NCBI GenBank assembly: GCA_047495785.1
Contig: JBLDXI010000009.1
Span: forward strand, 2,170,001 to 2,234,000
Reading direction: 5' to 3'
DNA from: Lepidodermella squamata
Lineage: Eukaryota > Animalia > Gastrotricha
Length of the DNA: 64,000 bases
Positions within the stretch are counted from its first letter, which is position 1; every line of letters starts with the position of its first letter. A program made the position numbers and the translations under genes. The notes beneath the pieces are model-generated. The model was not told the DNA's origin. It did not search any database and saw only the letters and a list, made by a program, of their open reading frames with translations. Shown piece after piece: positions 34,584 to 47,566 of this stretch.

Positions 34584-34651
34584 AGCACTATCCAGCACCA
34601 TTCTGTCCCGCACCTGTTCAGCACCCATCCACCACAGTGCTGGATATTGCT
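34584..34651. repeat. 15-bp inverted repeat near the breakpoint of the CYP remnant
   Basis: AGCACTATCCAGCAC ... GTGCTGGATATTGCT (1 mismatch), with internal CAGCAC-like repeats. Confidence 0.6.
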
Positions 34652-35184
34652 GGGTTGGCCCGAGTCTATGTTGTTCCCGTCGACAGGATATAATTCAATG
34701 AGGGCTGGACAGCCAAACACCAAACAGCAAGCAACACGGGTGGCGATGTTAGGTATCGCAGAACTAAGATCATCAAGGAAAACAGGGAGGCCCTAATCCT
34801 CGGGAGAGCCTTCTAGCTATAAATCCTTCGCGGAACCAGTGAATTCATAATTTTTTGATTGATTTATATTTTTACGACGGGCGAAAAGCATCTGTTCAAC
34901 GTTTGGCCGTGAGATAAATAAGATGATTTTTGAGCCAACCGATCAGGTTTGGAATATTACGAATAACGACCAATCAGAACATTTTAGATTTTCATTCTCA
35001 GTCATTCTCTAATGTTCACTATGCAATTCTCGACATGATTCTCGACATGATGACAACGTATGTGTGGCACAGCCGTTCACTCTTTTTTATTTCCAATCCT
35101 CGCACGTTGGGCCATCTTGCTTTTTCCATCTTGCCCACCATAAGTACTGTTATTCTTCCATTTTTCATAGAATTTAGCTGGAAA

Positions 35185-36711
35185 ATGATTTTAATGATAA
35201 TACTTGTTCTACTGGTTGCGTTCTTCCTATATGGAATTCATGTATACGTGTTGGACAAGCGATATCGCCTACCCCCTGGGCCTAGGCCACTACCTTTTGT
35301 TGGAAATGCGCTGTTATTTTTCAAAGAGAGGCGAAATTGGATGATGTTTCACAAATTATCGAAAGAACACGGCCCGGTATTAACATTTTACCTCGGCCAA
35401 ATGCGCCTTGTATCACTGAATAGCGCCAAATCAATCAACGAAGCACTGGTACAACAAGCTAAAGTTTTCAGTGACCGACCGATATCAATAATGCCGGGGT
35501 TGGAAGGTCTTAAGGTGGGCGTTGGGCTAGCTGATGGCAAAGAGTGGCAAGTGCGGCGACGCTTTAGCCTCAAAGCAATGCGTGATTTTGGCATGGGCAA
35601 GACCGCAATTGTCGAAAATATCCACGATGAAACTCGCTTGTTCTTGGATGAAATCAACAATCGCGTCGGCTCGCCTTTCGAACCGAAACTGCTGTTGTCC
35701 AACTCGATTTCAAACGTGATTTGTTCATTTGTCTTCGGCAAGAGATTCAGTTATGACGACAAACGTTTTATTGAATTGGTGGACAAAATATCGTACATTT
35801 TCAATCAGTCCTTCGTTTCTCGGTTCCTTTTCTTCGCTTTCCCGGCGATTAGATACTTGATCCGACCACAACAAGCCGAAGTTGGGATTGCCCTTCAAAA
35901 TTGCGTCGCCAAGATGTTGAAAGATGCTGTCGACGAACATCGGAAAGATTTCAACGAGAATAATATTCGAGATTTCCCGGATTTATTTATTCAATCTGAA
36001 CTTGGACCTACCGATGAATCATTTGACTTTGATACCTTTGCTTATATTATGGTGGATATGTTTGTTGCTGGTACTGAGACAACCGCAACTGCGCTGAATT
36101 GGACGCTGTTTTTCCTGACGAAACAACCCGGCATTCAGCGCAAGTGCCAAGAAGCAATTGACAAGGTTAGTGATTTTGAAATAATGAAAGCGGAAAAATG
36201 AAGATTTCTCATCAAATAGGTCATTGGGACTGACAGATTGCCGTTGTTAACCGATCGCCCGCAGTTGGTTTATATCGACGCTGTGATGTGTGAAGTTCTC
36301 CGGCGTGCCACTATCGCCCCACTAGCTCTTATGCACTGTAACTTGAACGCATCTGGGTCCGTTGCTGGATACGAAATTCCGGAAAAAACTTTAGTCTCCT
36401 ACAACGTTTGGGCGGTTCACCACGACCCGGATTATTGGACCGATCCATTCGAGTTCAACCCTGATCGTTGGATTGATCCGCAGACCGGAAATTTACTTAC
36501 GCATTCGACTCATTTCATGGCGTTTGGCATTGGTCCTCGAATTTGCCTGGGCGAATCGCTAGCTCGCGTGGAGTATTTTATGTTTTTGGTGGCTTTGCTG
36601 CAGCGTTTTTCTTTCGAAATGGTCGATTGTGACAACGTTCGAATGGAAAACAGCTCATCTGGCGGGGCTCATTTTCCACCACCGTACCATGTCATCGCTT
36701 CCACACGCTAG
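35185..36711 (+). CDS. Cytochrome P450, CYP2 clan (copy d; intron 36166-36219)
   Basis: LPPGP, AGTETT, EVLR, FGIGPRICLG. Confidence 0.93.
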
Positions 36712-36832
36712 CGTTCAATTTCAGCCGGACACACAAGTATTGCTTGCTAACATTGACCATGTCGTGTCATTTTTCCATGATTTTCTTAATTTAATCTATA
36801 TTTGACTTCCATTATAAAATTTAGGATCTAAA

Positions 36833-38302
36833 ATGATTTTAGTAATATTGGCCTTATTATTATTATTGGCACTCTTTTACGGCGTGCATTCTTATTTGCT
36901 CGATAAACGTTACAAGTTGCCTCCAGGACCGACCCCTTTACCATTCTTCGGAAACGTCCTACTTCTGCTGAAAATCAAGAAATTATGGCTTGTGTTTCAT
37001 AAATTTTCGAAAGAATTCGGCCCGGTCAACACGTTCTACATGGGTCAATCTCGTTTCATTTCCCTGAATACAGTTGAAACAATCCAAGAAGCTATTGTTC
37101 AGCAGTCGAAGATTTTCAGTGATAGACCTACCAGTTTCATTCCTGGCTTCGAGAAAACTCCGCCTGGAATCATTTTTGCGGATGGAAAATTGTGGCAAAA
37201 TCGTCGCCGGTTAAGCCTGAGAGCTCTTCGAGATTTCGGGATGGGAAAAGGCGATATTGTTGAAAGGATTCATGACGAAGTAAATTATTTCCTCGATGAA
37301 ATTGCTAGAAAGGAAAATGTGCCGTTTGAGCCGAAAATTCTTCTATCAAATACTATTTCTAACGTCATTTGCTCGCTGGTTTTTGGCCGGAGATTCAATT
37401 ACGACGACGAAAGCTTCCTCGAAATAGTGGAAACAATTCAGTTTTTGATTCGGTCCAACATAGCGAAACGTTTCGTCTTTTTTGCCCTACCCTTCATTCG
37501 CCATTTTTCTTCGCCAGAACAACATCATGTGAATATGGAACTTCACAAGAGGCTTGTATCTCTGCTGAAAATTGCAGTAGAAGAGCACAGGAAAGATTTT
37601 ACTCCCGGGGTAATTCGAGATTTTCCGGATATGTTCATAAATTCCGAGTTGGGATCAAGCGATGAAGCGCTTGATTTTGATTCGTTTGCTTACATGATGA
37701 TCGATATGTTCGCTGCTGGTACCGAAACAACTTCCACGGTAATAAATTGGACCCTACTTTATTTGACCAAACACCCTGAGATGCAACAAAAATGCCATGA
37801 GGCCATTGATAGCGTCATTGGAACTGATCGATTACCAGTTTTAGCTGACCGGCCTGATTTGGTATACGTAGACGCGGTTGTTCATGAGGTGTTAAGGCAC
37901 GCAACTGTTGGGCCTATGGCGTTGTTTCACGCAAACCGTAACGAGGCTGGAAGAGTCAGTGGCTTTGAGATACCTAAAAAATCGATTGTTGTCTACAACG
38001 TTTGGGCTGTTCATCATGATCAGAAATATTGGGAGGATTCGGACGTTTTCAGACCTGAACGGTGGATCGACCCGATATCCGGAAAATTACTGAATCATTC
38101 GTCTCATTTTATGCCGTTCGGAATAGGACCAAGAATTTGCCTAGGAGAATCGCTGGCTCGCGTTGAATATTTCATTTTCATTGTTGCTCTATTGCAGCGA
38201 TTCAGTTTTAAGCTGGCCACCGAGGATGTCTCATTGGACGAGGGCACCGCTGGAGCTACGCACGCTCCGCCTGAATATAAAATAATCGCAACCAAGCGCT
38301 GA
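36833..38302 (+). CDS. Cytochrome P450, CYP2 clan (copy e; intronless, 489 aa)
   Basis: Complete ORF with LPPGP, AGTETT, EVLR, PERW, FGIGPRICLG. Confidence 0.95.
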   Translation: MILVILALLLLLALFYGVHSYLLDKRYKLPPGPTPLPFFGNVLLLLKIKKLWLVFHKFSKEFGPVNTFYMGQSRFISLNTVETIQEAIVQQSKIFSDRPTSFIPGFEKTPPGIIFADGKLWQNRRRLSLRALRDFGMGKGDIVERIHDEVNYFLDEIARKENVPFEPKILLSNTISNVICSLVFGRRFNYDDESFLEIVETIQFLIRSNIAKRFVFFALPFIRHFSSPEQHHVNMELHKRLVSLLKIAVEEHRKDFTPGVIRDFPDMFINSELGSSDEALDFDSFAYMMIDMFAAGTETTSTVINWTLLYLTKHPEMQQKCHEAIDSVIGTDRLPVLADRPDLVYVDAVVHEVLRHATVGPMALFHANRNEAGRVSGFEIPKKSIVVYNVWAVHHDQKYWEDSDVFRPERWIDPISGKLLNHSSHFMPFGIGPRICLGESLARVEYFIFIVALLQRFSFKLATEDVSLDEGTAGATHAPPEYKIIATKR

Positions 38303-38420
38303 TTTATTTACTTGATTTTTACTTCTAAATCGCTTGCAGTAACAAGTTTTCTTTTGATTTGTCAGCTTAAACCAGAAAATTCTGTATGATTAATATAGAT
38401 TCTTGTAAATTATTTGAAGT

Positions 38421-41400
38421 ATGATATTCCTGTTGGCATCAGCTTCGGGCTTGCTGTTTTTGCTCTACGGCATTCACGCTTACATTCTCGATAGGCGTTA
38501 TCGACTGCCCCCGGGACCCAGGCCCGTTCCTTTTCTAGGCAATGTGCTTCACCTGACTGCAAATTTGCGAAAAGGCAACTGGTTTTCATTCAGAAAGCTT
38601 TCGCAGCGATATGGACCGGTGGTGACTTTCTACGTTGGACAGTACCGCATGATTTTGCTTCACGGTCCTGAAGTCATTAATGAGGCGCTGGTTCAGCAGA
38701 GCAAAATATTCAGCGATAGACCGATCACAGTTATGCCTGGAGCAGAGGATATACCTACAGGTTTGTTGCCGTGTTATCTTAACTAAAGTTTATTACCAAA
38801 TCAGCTAAATCTCGGAATGGAAGTAAAAGATAGCCAAAGTCCCGAATATCAGAAGTGATGTATCATTCATTGAGGCTTCATTTAAATACTTACCTATTTC
38901 GAATTCAAATTAAATTGAAGCTGGCGCTAAAGTTTTATTAGACAGCAGTTCAAGTCATCAAAAAAGCTGTCCGCAATTTTTCGGCGGGCGCCCGCGACCT
39001 TGGCGACGTGCCGGGGTGGGCTCAATGTTGTCAACACGCGGCCACGGCCTCGACCGCGACCACGCCCTCGCACAGCTGGCTCCGCAACTGCTACAGCCTC
39101 TGATAGGCTTCGCAACACTTCTCGCTTTTGACATCCACTATTGTTGCTATTACTGGAAAGACTGCGGCCGGGTGGCTCGCGATTCTTCATCGTCGTACTC
39201 GATCGAAAGTAACTTAGTTATATAGCTTGTAAATCAACAGTCCAACGCCTTTCCTAAATCGATTTCGACTTCGCAATGACATTCATAGCCTAGCTAGGTT
39301 CGGATCTTTGAGACTAGGGTTCGGTTGCAACTCATCTTTCATTTTGTTCGATGAAGAGAGCGTATAAGTCATTATTTAAGTTGAAAGGCAGTAAGCCTTG
39401 TGGATGAGCTAGCTATTTACCTTGACTACGTCCTTGGCATTCAGTGATGGTCAGGCAATATCGCTGTAAAATTTCCGAACCTTTTCAACAATTACACAAG
39501 TAATAGCGCTCGACGATGGCGTTTTATTAACAACTTTATTGTGGCTAACCGGTCCCGGAGTACGCCCTCAGTGATTTCTTGGAGTTTTTCGGCCCAGTTT
39601 TCTTCGTTCAGGATCTACTGGAGATTCCTTAAAGCTTTGCCGATGTCTTTTCCGAACTTGGAGGATAGACTTCGTTAACAAACTGAGTCAAAGTTGGTTT
39701 GGTTCGGTGCTAGACGAAGGCCGATCAAAACACCTAATAAGTAAGGTTTTGAAGCAAAGGTTTTTTCAGGAAATTATCTGCATACGCCATCGCTTCCATA
39801 TACGGCTTCTCCTTGACAGAAATCGGGAGAAGCAGATGAATGTGGCGACCGCTGAGAACACGCGCCCGCTCAGAAGTCAGCGCAGTTATCATCACTCTGA
39901 GCCCTTTAGCCATCGCATACAAAGCAAGGGCCAACAAGTGCGAGATGCTTTTAGCTAGTTCTGCTTTAGAAGCGATCGATCGTCTTCATTCCGAACGCCA
40001 AAGCCGCCTGCTGCTCCTGGAATGACTGATCCGACTTACCTGGTTGCCGCTGCAGACTCGGGACCCATTCCAACGGTTCTCGCGGCGTAGCCTTGTCGAA
40101 ACCGGACAAAGGTGGTAGCTGTAGCTTGTCGTGCAGTTGCGAATGCGTGACCTCGAGAACAGATCGCTTCATTTCCGCTTCCGTGCGAGCAATATCTTCG
40201 TCGACTTCGCGTTCGATCGCATCCCAGTCAGTCGTTGGACAGAGATTGTCGATGCTTCCATCGCCAAAGAAAAAATCTTCGAACATGGATTTGAGGGTTT
40301 TCACGTAGAAATCAAATCTCTTCACACCTTGGAAGAAGCGGGCTATCAGACGGGGCAGTGTTAAGGCAAAATGAGACCTCCATGAGAGAAAACAGTTCTT
40401 GAGAAAAAACGGACATATTCATGTTACAATGGATTCCACACCGACTGCGGCGTAACAAAAATTGGCTTCGAGAATGGCATTCCAACTGCAATAGGAGTTG
40501 CAGGGGAGTGTATTAAAAGTTTCCAGGATATCGCGCAGGCTCACTTTACGCTTGGGTTGGTTTGATTCCGCAATCGCTTTAGTGAGTTCAGCCATGAATT
40601 CGGTGTCAGTGAGTGTGTTGATCGATGCTTCAGCGAGCTTTCGCTTTTCCCTGGAACAGCAGCAGCTTCTAAAAAAGATGGTCCAAGCGCAACCATCTTG
40701 ACGTCAATCGGCGTGAGCATCTTGTAGGTGTTTATAAGATCGACGGGCGATAACCCAGTTGTCCGATGTTTTGAAGTGCGAATAGAAAACAGAGCGCTTG
40801 TGACTTAGCGTGGCCCTTCGTCGAATTCGACGATGCGAAGACACTTGAGGAGAGTCGACTTCAAAGTTCGGTTAAACCTTTCACCGAGCCCATTTGCCTG
40901 AAAAAGACAAATAAAAAATCACGCCTACCCGAATGAATGAGTTTCAATGCGACACTTCACGCCAATGACCTTTTCAGTTTAAGATGTCTGAAATTATATT
41001 TTTCTTTTTTAGGCGTCCTATTTTCCAATGGCAAGGCTTGGCAAAGTCGCCGCAGATTCTGTCTGAAAGCCATGCGCGACTTTGGAATGGGCAAAATAGC
41101 GATAGTTGAGAAAATCCACGACGAGCTGCGATTTTTCCTTGACGAAATCGAAAGTCGAGCTGGGACACCCTTTGAAACTCGACCTCTGATAACGAACGCA
41201 GTTTCTAACATTATTTGCTCATTGGTTTTCGGAAAACGATTCACTTACAACGATGCGACTTTCATTGAATTGATGACCAAGCTGAATTACATTGTCTCCC
41301 GATCCTTCACCAGCCGCTTGCTGTACTTCATTTTGCCGTTTATCCGGTTTTTCAAAAGACCAGGCGATTTCGATATAGCGATCGATGTTGTGAATTGTAT

Positions 41401-42151
41401 CGCTAAAATTCTGAAGCAAGCTGTTGATGATCATCGCCAGGATTTCAGCGAAGCAAATATTCGCGATTTCCCGGATCTTTTCATCCAATCTGAGCTAGCT
41501 GCGCCTGATGAATCGATGGATTTTGCAACGTTTTCGAACATTATTGCAGACATGTTCGCCGCTGGAACTGAAACGACATCGACTGCCCTCAATTGGACGC
41601 TGTTGTACTTGAGTAAATTCCCTGAAATCCAGCGCAAATGTCACGAAGAAGTTGATAAAGTTATCGGGGCTAATCGCTTGCCTCAGTTAACAGATCGGCC
41701 TGATTTGATTTATCTCGACGCGGTCATGTGTGAAGTTTTACGGCATAGTTCCATCGCCCCACTGGCCTTATTACACGCTAATCTCGAGTCGATGGGGACG
41801 ATTCTTGGCTATGAAATCCCGAAAAAATCCATGGTTTCTTACAACATTTGGGCGTTGCATCATGATGAGACGTATTGGAAAGATCCGGAGAACTTCAGAC
41901 CCGATCGTTGGATTGATGGAAACTCGGGAAAACTACTCAGCCATTCTTCACATTACATGCCATTTGGAATCGGTCCCAGGATCTGCTTGGGTGAATCACT
42001 GGCCAAAGTTGAATATTTTATGTTCTTCACGGCAATGCTGCAGCGATTTTCATTCGAACTCAACAACCCTGATGCGGTTTCAATTCATGACGGAGTTCCC
42101 GGTTTTACCCACTGCCCGCCTCCTTATAAAATCATTGCTTGCCGTCGCTGA
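38421..42151 (+). CDS. Cytochrome P450, CYP2 clan (copy f; 2.25-kb intron 38761-41012)
   Basis: Exon 1 ends ...EDIPT G, exon 2 continues VLFSNGKAWQSRR, joined in frame at GT-AG; AGTETT, FGIGPRICLG. Confidence 0.9.
39734..40325 (-). mobile_element. Degenerate PIF1-like helicase fragment (Helitron-type) in the CYP-f intron
   Basis: SDQSFQEQQAAL...IDRF, then frameshifted GLRVMITALTSERARVLSGRHIHLLLPI (PIF1 motif Ia/Ib-like); Walker A missing. Confidence 0.55.
40690..40900 (-). mobile_element. Gypsy/Ginger-type integrase (rve) fragment in the CYP-f intron
   Basis: Not in the ORF track. Manual translation QANGLGERFNRTLKSTLLK...*VTSALFSIRTSKHRTTGLSPVDL matches PQxNGxxERxNRTLK...ALFAxRTSxHxSTGxSP. 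Confidence 0.8.
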
Positions 42152-42252
42152 CATGACAGATAAAAATACTCGTATACTTATTATTTTTGTCGAACCTCGA
42201 AGCTTTTGAAGTAAATCTTATTTATTTAATTTTTATAGACTTTTAATTTAAA

Positions 42253-45200
42253 ATGGCAGAATCTATGGAAGTCACCCCGTCTAAAATTGCGAGTCGATCG
42301 CCCAACGCTAAGGTCCAATCGCCTGGTAAGTCAACATCAGGCGCGGCCATATCTTCGGGCGCGGTCTCGAACAACCGAGTCGGTATTTCTATTTCGCTTC
42401 ACCCGTTGGTTCTACTCAACATTTCCGACCACTGGACCCGCACTAAAGCCGAGCTTATTCAGCAACAGGCAGCAGCTAACGCCGGCCAGGCTACGTCGAG
42501 TGCGCAATTGCTGTCGCAATCTTCACCGGTTATCGGCTGTATTGTTGGCAAACATTTCGGTCGTCGAGTTGAAATCGAAAGTTCATTCGAAATGATCTAT
42601 ACCAAGGTGGACAACCTATGCGTGATTGACAAAGAATTTTTTCTGATCAAGGAATCTCAATGTGAGCCGAATTTATTTATTATTCATTTTAAAAAGGGTC
42701 AAAAATTGAGATTCTAGCACTAAATTTTTGATAATAGAAAAAATTGAACTTGAAAGGAGGAAATAAAATTCGAGAACCAAATTTTCTTGAAGTTTTTAGG
42801 AGCCTCAAAATGTAATCCTAAATTTAAGGTGTGCCCTTCGCACATCCATTCAACAATTTTAAAATCCTGAAATAAATTTAAAATCAGTTGAAATTTACAT
42901 TTGCGATTCAATTTTGACGCCTCGTATAAAATAGTGTTTTGCATCTCTAATAAAAAGCCGAAACGAACTATAAACCGAAGCTTTTTATTTCTGGAAGATC
43001 AAGAGCGTAATGAATAGTTTGTATATCACGGTGTCTTGAATAGGCAGAAAGAAATAATAACAACGAAATATATAAAATTAAAAGTGGCACTTCCGGTAAT
43101 CTGTCTTAATTTGTCATTTAATAATTCTCACCCGCAAGCCATTTTGTATGTCTAAAATTTGAATTAAGCCGAAGTAAGAATTGAATCCAAGCATATCCGA
43201 GAGTTATTAACCTCAAGTCGAAAGCAATCACCGTAAATGGCGGAAATAAGATCGTTCAAATTGTTCGCGTTTCTTATCGGCTCCGGTAGGGTTATGAAGT
43301 CAGGCTCCAATCCGACAGGTCCTTCAGCTAAGCCATCGCCGACTCGCAAAAGCCATTCGGGGAAGCCGGCGATAGCAGGGTCATCAATAACTCGCATGTT
43401 CTTCGACAAAGTTAAATTGCGAACCTGAGGCCAGAAATGAGATCGAGAAAGCGGTTGTTCAACGATACGATGGCGACCACCCTTTGGAACAACAGGTAGA
43501 CACTGTCGAAAATCACCGCCGATAACAACTGTTAGCCCGCCAAATAGTGACTGATTTTGTCTGATGTCCTTCAAAGTTCAAAGTTCGATTGACGGCCTCG
43601 AAGGTGTAGCGACTCATCATAGGCCCTTCATCCCAGATTAGAAGTTTTGCTCGACGAATCAATTTAGCCAGAGCCGACTGTGCTGATATGGAGCATGTAG
43701 ACGACTCGTGAATGTTGATGGGTATTTTGAAACGGAAGTGAGCTGTTCTGCCACCGGTCAACAACAGGGCTGCTATCCCAGAAGAGGCACAGGCAATGGC
43801 GATTTCACCTCGAGAGCGAACCGAGGCAAGCAGTAAATTGAATAGATAGGTTTTACCGCAACCTCCATGAGCTTGCAGCATGAAAACATTAGGCTCGTTA
43901 TGGAATACGGCGTTCTCGATTTCGTCCTTAGCCGTCCGTTGTTCGTCATTAAGCTGAGGCGTTTTCTCCAGGCCAAACACTTTTAATTGCTCGCGATCAT
44001 ATTCGGTCTCCTCACGAATCAATTCGAACATTTGCTCCTCGGCGGCAGCAAGAGGCATCTCAGGGAAATCTGAGAGCGACTTGCTGTGGTAATTAAGGCT
44101 TATCTCGATTTGAGCCAGCGCTCGATTGCGAATTCGATCGGTGATGTGATTAATGCCGTCGTTATGCATGAAATCTTCGCAAAAATGTGTTTCGAATTGC
44201 TGCCAAAGTAAATGCGGGTTGGGAGGATTCGAATAGATAAGATGCATTGCAAACAATTTCCGCAGTTGTCCTGGCATCTGAAATTGCACGGCCTCGAGTA
44301 AACTGTGTTCAACGTCATCATCATTTTCCACGAGACTTCGAGCTCGGCATGCGTCGATGAAAGTAGGGTGAACTGTTCCAGCAACAGTTCTCAAAGCCTC
44401 GAACGAAGTGGGACCCTTAACCACGTGCAACAGTAGTCGCAGGTAGTAAACTTCTTGATGGGGCGAGCAGGTGTAACACGGCCAACGTTGCCATGACCCT
44501 TTTTCCTGGGTTTCCATTGCTTAATCTTGGGATGCCACGTGAATTCGCGACAAATTTCGGGGTAGGTAAATCGTCTGGCTCGCGGATCAATTTGGCAGAT
44601 TTCGAAGAATGCGGTCAATTTAGTTCGACCTATCTCACGGAATTTGAGCCGAAATACACGTGAACAAAGATCAGGACGATCAGAGGCTGATTGAGTAAGA
44701 ACGCCGTTTACGTCACGGTTTAACTCGGATTCAATTTCGGGCCAAGTCGGGTTACAGGTCATAGTGACGAAAAACCCTGGATGCCCGAAATTGCGGACCA
44801 AAGCCATTGCATTTTGGTCAGTTTGCTACATAAACCGTGGAGATCCGATGAATGAAGACGGCAAAACGGTGAGTTGACCGACGCGGTTCAAATCGCGATC
44901 ACCTTCTGCAACAGCGTCAGTGAAGCCTTGGTACAAATCCGCTCGTAAAATATTTTGATTGTATTTGAGAAAGTTTAACCGCTGAGTTTCGATCTTGACC
45001 CACGAATCGACAATATACTCTTGAAATAGCCGGCCGTAAAGTTGAAGAAAACTGCCTTCTCTCATCATGAGACGATAAGAGTAATATTCCATGGCGGTGA
45101 TATGACTACCCCGGTACCCATGGTTTATCGGAATGTCGTCGGTATATCCAAGATCGCCCCGAGGAAAGAGAAGAGGATAACGTAAAGGGCCGTAATTCGG

Positions 45201-46371
45201 ATGGCGTTCGTTAATACGATTCAAATTACCACCCCTCAGACGAAGAACAATATCACGACATTTCGCTTCGGGGTCCCAGTCAGCACCAGGTAGAATAACA
45301 GCCAACTCTTTCGCATTAGGTAAATTGTAACGACGACGGTCAACGTCACGATCGGTTTTCAATAGAACTGAGATGTTGTTCGTACTTCTTAGTAGCTCAG
45401 CAGCATACTTATAAATATGCACGTACGGGTTAGATTGGTGCATTAATTCTCTTAGAGTTGAAACGATGACAGGATTTAGGTCTCGCATATGGCTCAATCG
45501 ATTGTTGATTTCGTTGTCAGAATCGTAAATATAGAGTTGGGCAAATTTCGGTATATCATATTCTGGTTCTAAAGCGCCGTCTCAATTATTTACGTTGATT
45601 TTTCATGATTTTTTATTTCAGTTAAGGAGGTTTTTGCAAACCTTGACGTTATCGGCTGGTATGTCACCGCCGAATCATTGACTGATGATGTTCGTCACCT
45701 GCACAAACAAGTTCTCGACTTCATGGAGAGCCCTCTAATGCTGATGCTGAACCCGTTGGCGCCACGAGGCTCCGATTTACCCGTCACCGTGTTGGAATCT
45801 ATCGTCGAATTTGAAACCGGCCAGCCTGTAGTCACATTCTCAGAGGTCGACTATTCACTCATCACCGAGCAATCGGAACGCATCGGTCTCGATCACATGG
45901 CTAAGATGGTTGAAACAACTTCAGACACGTCGGTCGTCACGGATCACCTGGTCAATCAATACAACGCGATTAAGATGCTTCACGGCCGGATTCGCATCGT
46001 ATCGGAGTACGTGACTGCTGTTGCTGCTGGCACGTTGCCAGCTGATTGGGACCTGTTGAGGGAGGTCGCCTCAGTCGTTCATTCGTTGCCTGTGGTCGAT
46101 ACTAACTCAACCGAAATTAACAACGCTTTCTATGCGGTAAGCATTTTCGATTAAAACCTTAATTCTGATCTATTTATGTCTATCTACAGCAAGCTAACGA
46201 TGTTTCTTTGGTCAACTACCTTGGCGTTATGACCAAGGGCTGTTTAGCTCTACAAAAGGTTCGTGAGAATTTCAATTATTTTTATAAAATTGCGCCAACG
46301 AATTTAATTTATAGATGGTTACAAAGCTAAATGTTGTCTATCAACGCCGCTACGGTAAAGGGTTCTTCTGA
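42253..46371 (+). CDS. COPS6: COP9 signalosome subunit 6
   Basis: [61 protein letters not shown]-terminal GFF; exons 42253-42661, 45622-46136, 46190-46258, 46315-46371. Confidence 0.94.
43164..45580 (-). mobile_element. Defective Helitron RepHel fragment in COPS6 intron 1
   Basis: [93 protein letters not shown]; stops and frameshifts; termini not identified. Confidence 0.93.
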
Positions 46372-46965
46372 TCTTCCGGTGAAAGAGTACGTGATAAAGA
46401 CTCTGGAATTTCCTGTGAATTTTGTGGCATTTTGAAACACTTCGTTGAATTTTTCAATGTATCGCTTCTTTCAAAGAAGACTAATAAATAATGATTTATG
46501 CTGGTTTATTGCTGATTTTTTCACGAAGAAGCCTTGTATTTATTACGTGAAATGTATCATAATTTTTATATTTTGATATTTTTATCTTTCATCCGTAGCC
46601 AACTTTACCCGAAGCAGAAGCGAAATAGGTTTATTGAATGTCGGACCTAATTTATTGCAGTAATTTCAGAGGTGTTGAGCGAAAAAATTATTCGGTAGTT
46701 GTATCTGAGTATGATTATCAGTCTTGAAATTCCGTTTACCTATAAAAGCTATCCTGGTTATGATCGTCGACTGAAAAATGACATTTTTGAAATTTTTAAT
46801 CCGCTGAAACTTGCAAATTAATGTTGAAGATATTCATTTGACCCATTTTAAATTGGCTAAAATATCTGGAAGCTTTGTGGTTGTAGAATGGCAATCAGGA
46901 CGAAATTTGCATATAGGCGGCGCAGAGAATACTGCTGAATCACAAAATAAAAAAAAGGAATTTGA

Positions 46966-47566
46966 TTACTTCCGTTTTATTGATATCGTGATTTCACAGT
47001 TCGCATTAACAAATTCGTGCCAGAGAAATTTAGCAAAAATGGCAAGATAGCACAACAAGAGGACAACAAAAGGAAAACGTGAGCAAAAATTTGAGAAACT
47101 GGAGAAAATTTCCAGCGTAGCGAGACCTAATAATGTGCGAATGATCGCGATAACAACGGGCAGTTTCAGGCAGAAAAATGTGCCGTTGCGGTAGAGCCGC
47201 CACTGGCGAACCGGCTTCCAGCCCCATTTCACCGTAACGCGATCGTTGTAGGGCGCATTGCAAACGCAACAAATGAGATTTGAACGAACCTGTTGGAAAT
47301 AATTTATTCGTAAAAGTCAAAAATGAAAGCTTAGTATAACCAACCGAGTTGAGCGAGCGTTGCTTGTCGCGGCCACCCTCCGCGCGCTGAACCGAGAAGA
47401 ACCATTCTTTAAGGCAGCCACCGTGGACGTGGCGGACACTGCCGCGGCAGTTGCATAGGTCTGCGTATAGTTCATCGCCGCCTTGATCGAGGCCGACGTC
47501 GAAGCAAATTCGACACTCGGCGCTGTTCAAACCAGTGCTCGATGAATCGATGAAAGACTCGAGCAT
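46966..47566 (-). CDS. Small MARCH-like RING-CH (C4HC3) protein with two TM segments (1 intron, ~47290-47344)
   Basis: CRICF...CNCRGSVRHVHGGCLKEW...CCVCNAPY followed by hydrophobic helices. Confidence 0.82.

Noticed and set aside
42714-42717. CTAG as the Helitron 3' terminus
   Set aside because: No GC-rich subterminal hairpin and no A/T target context.
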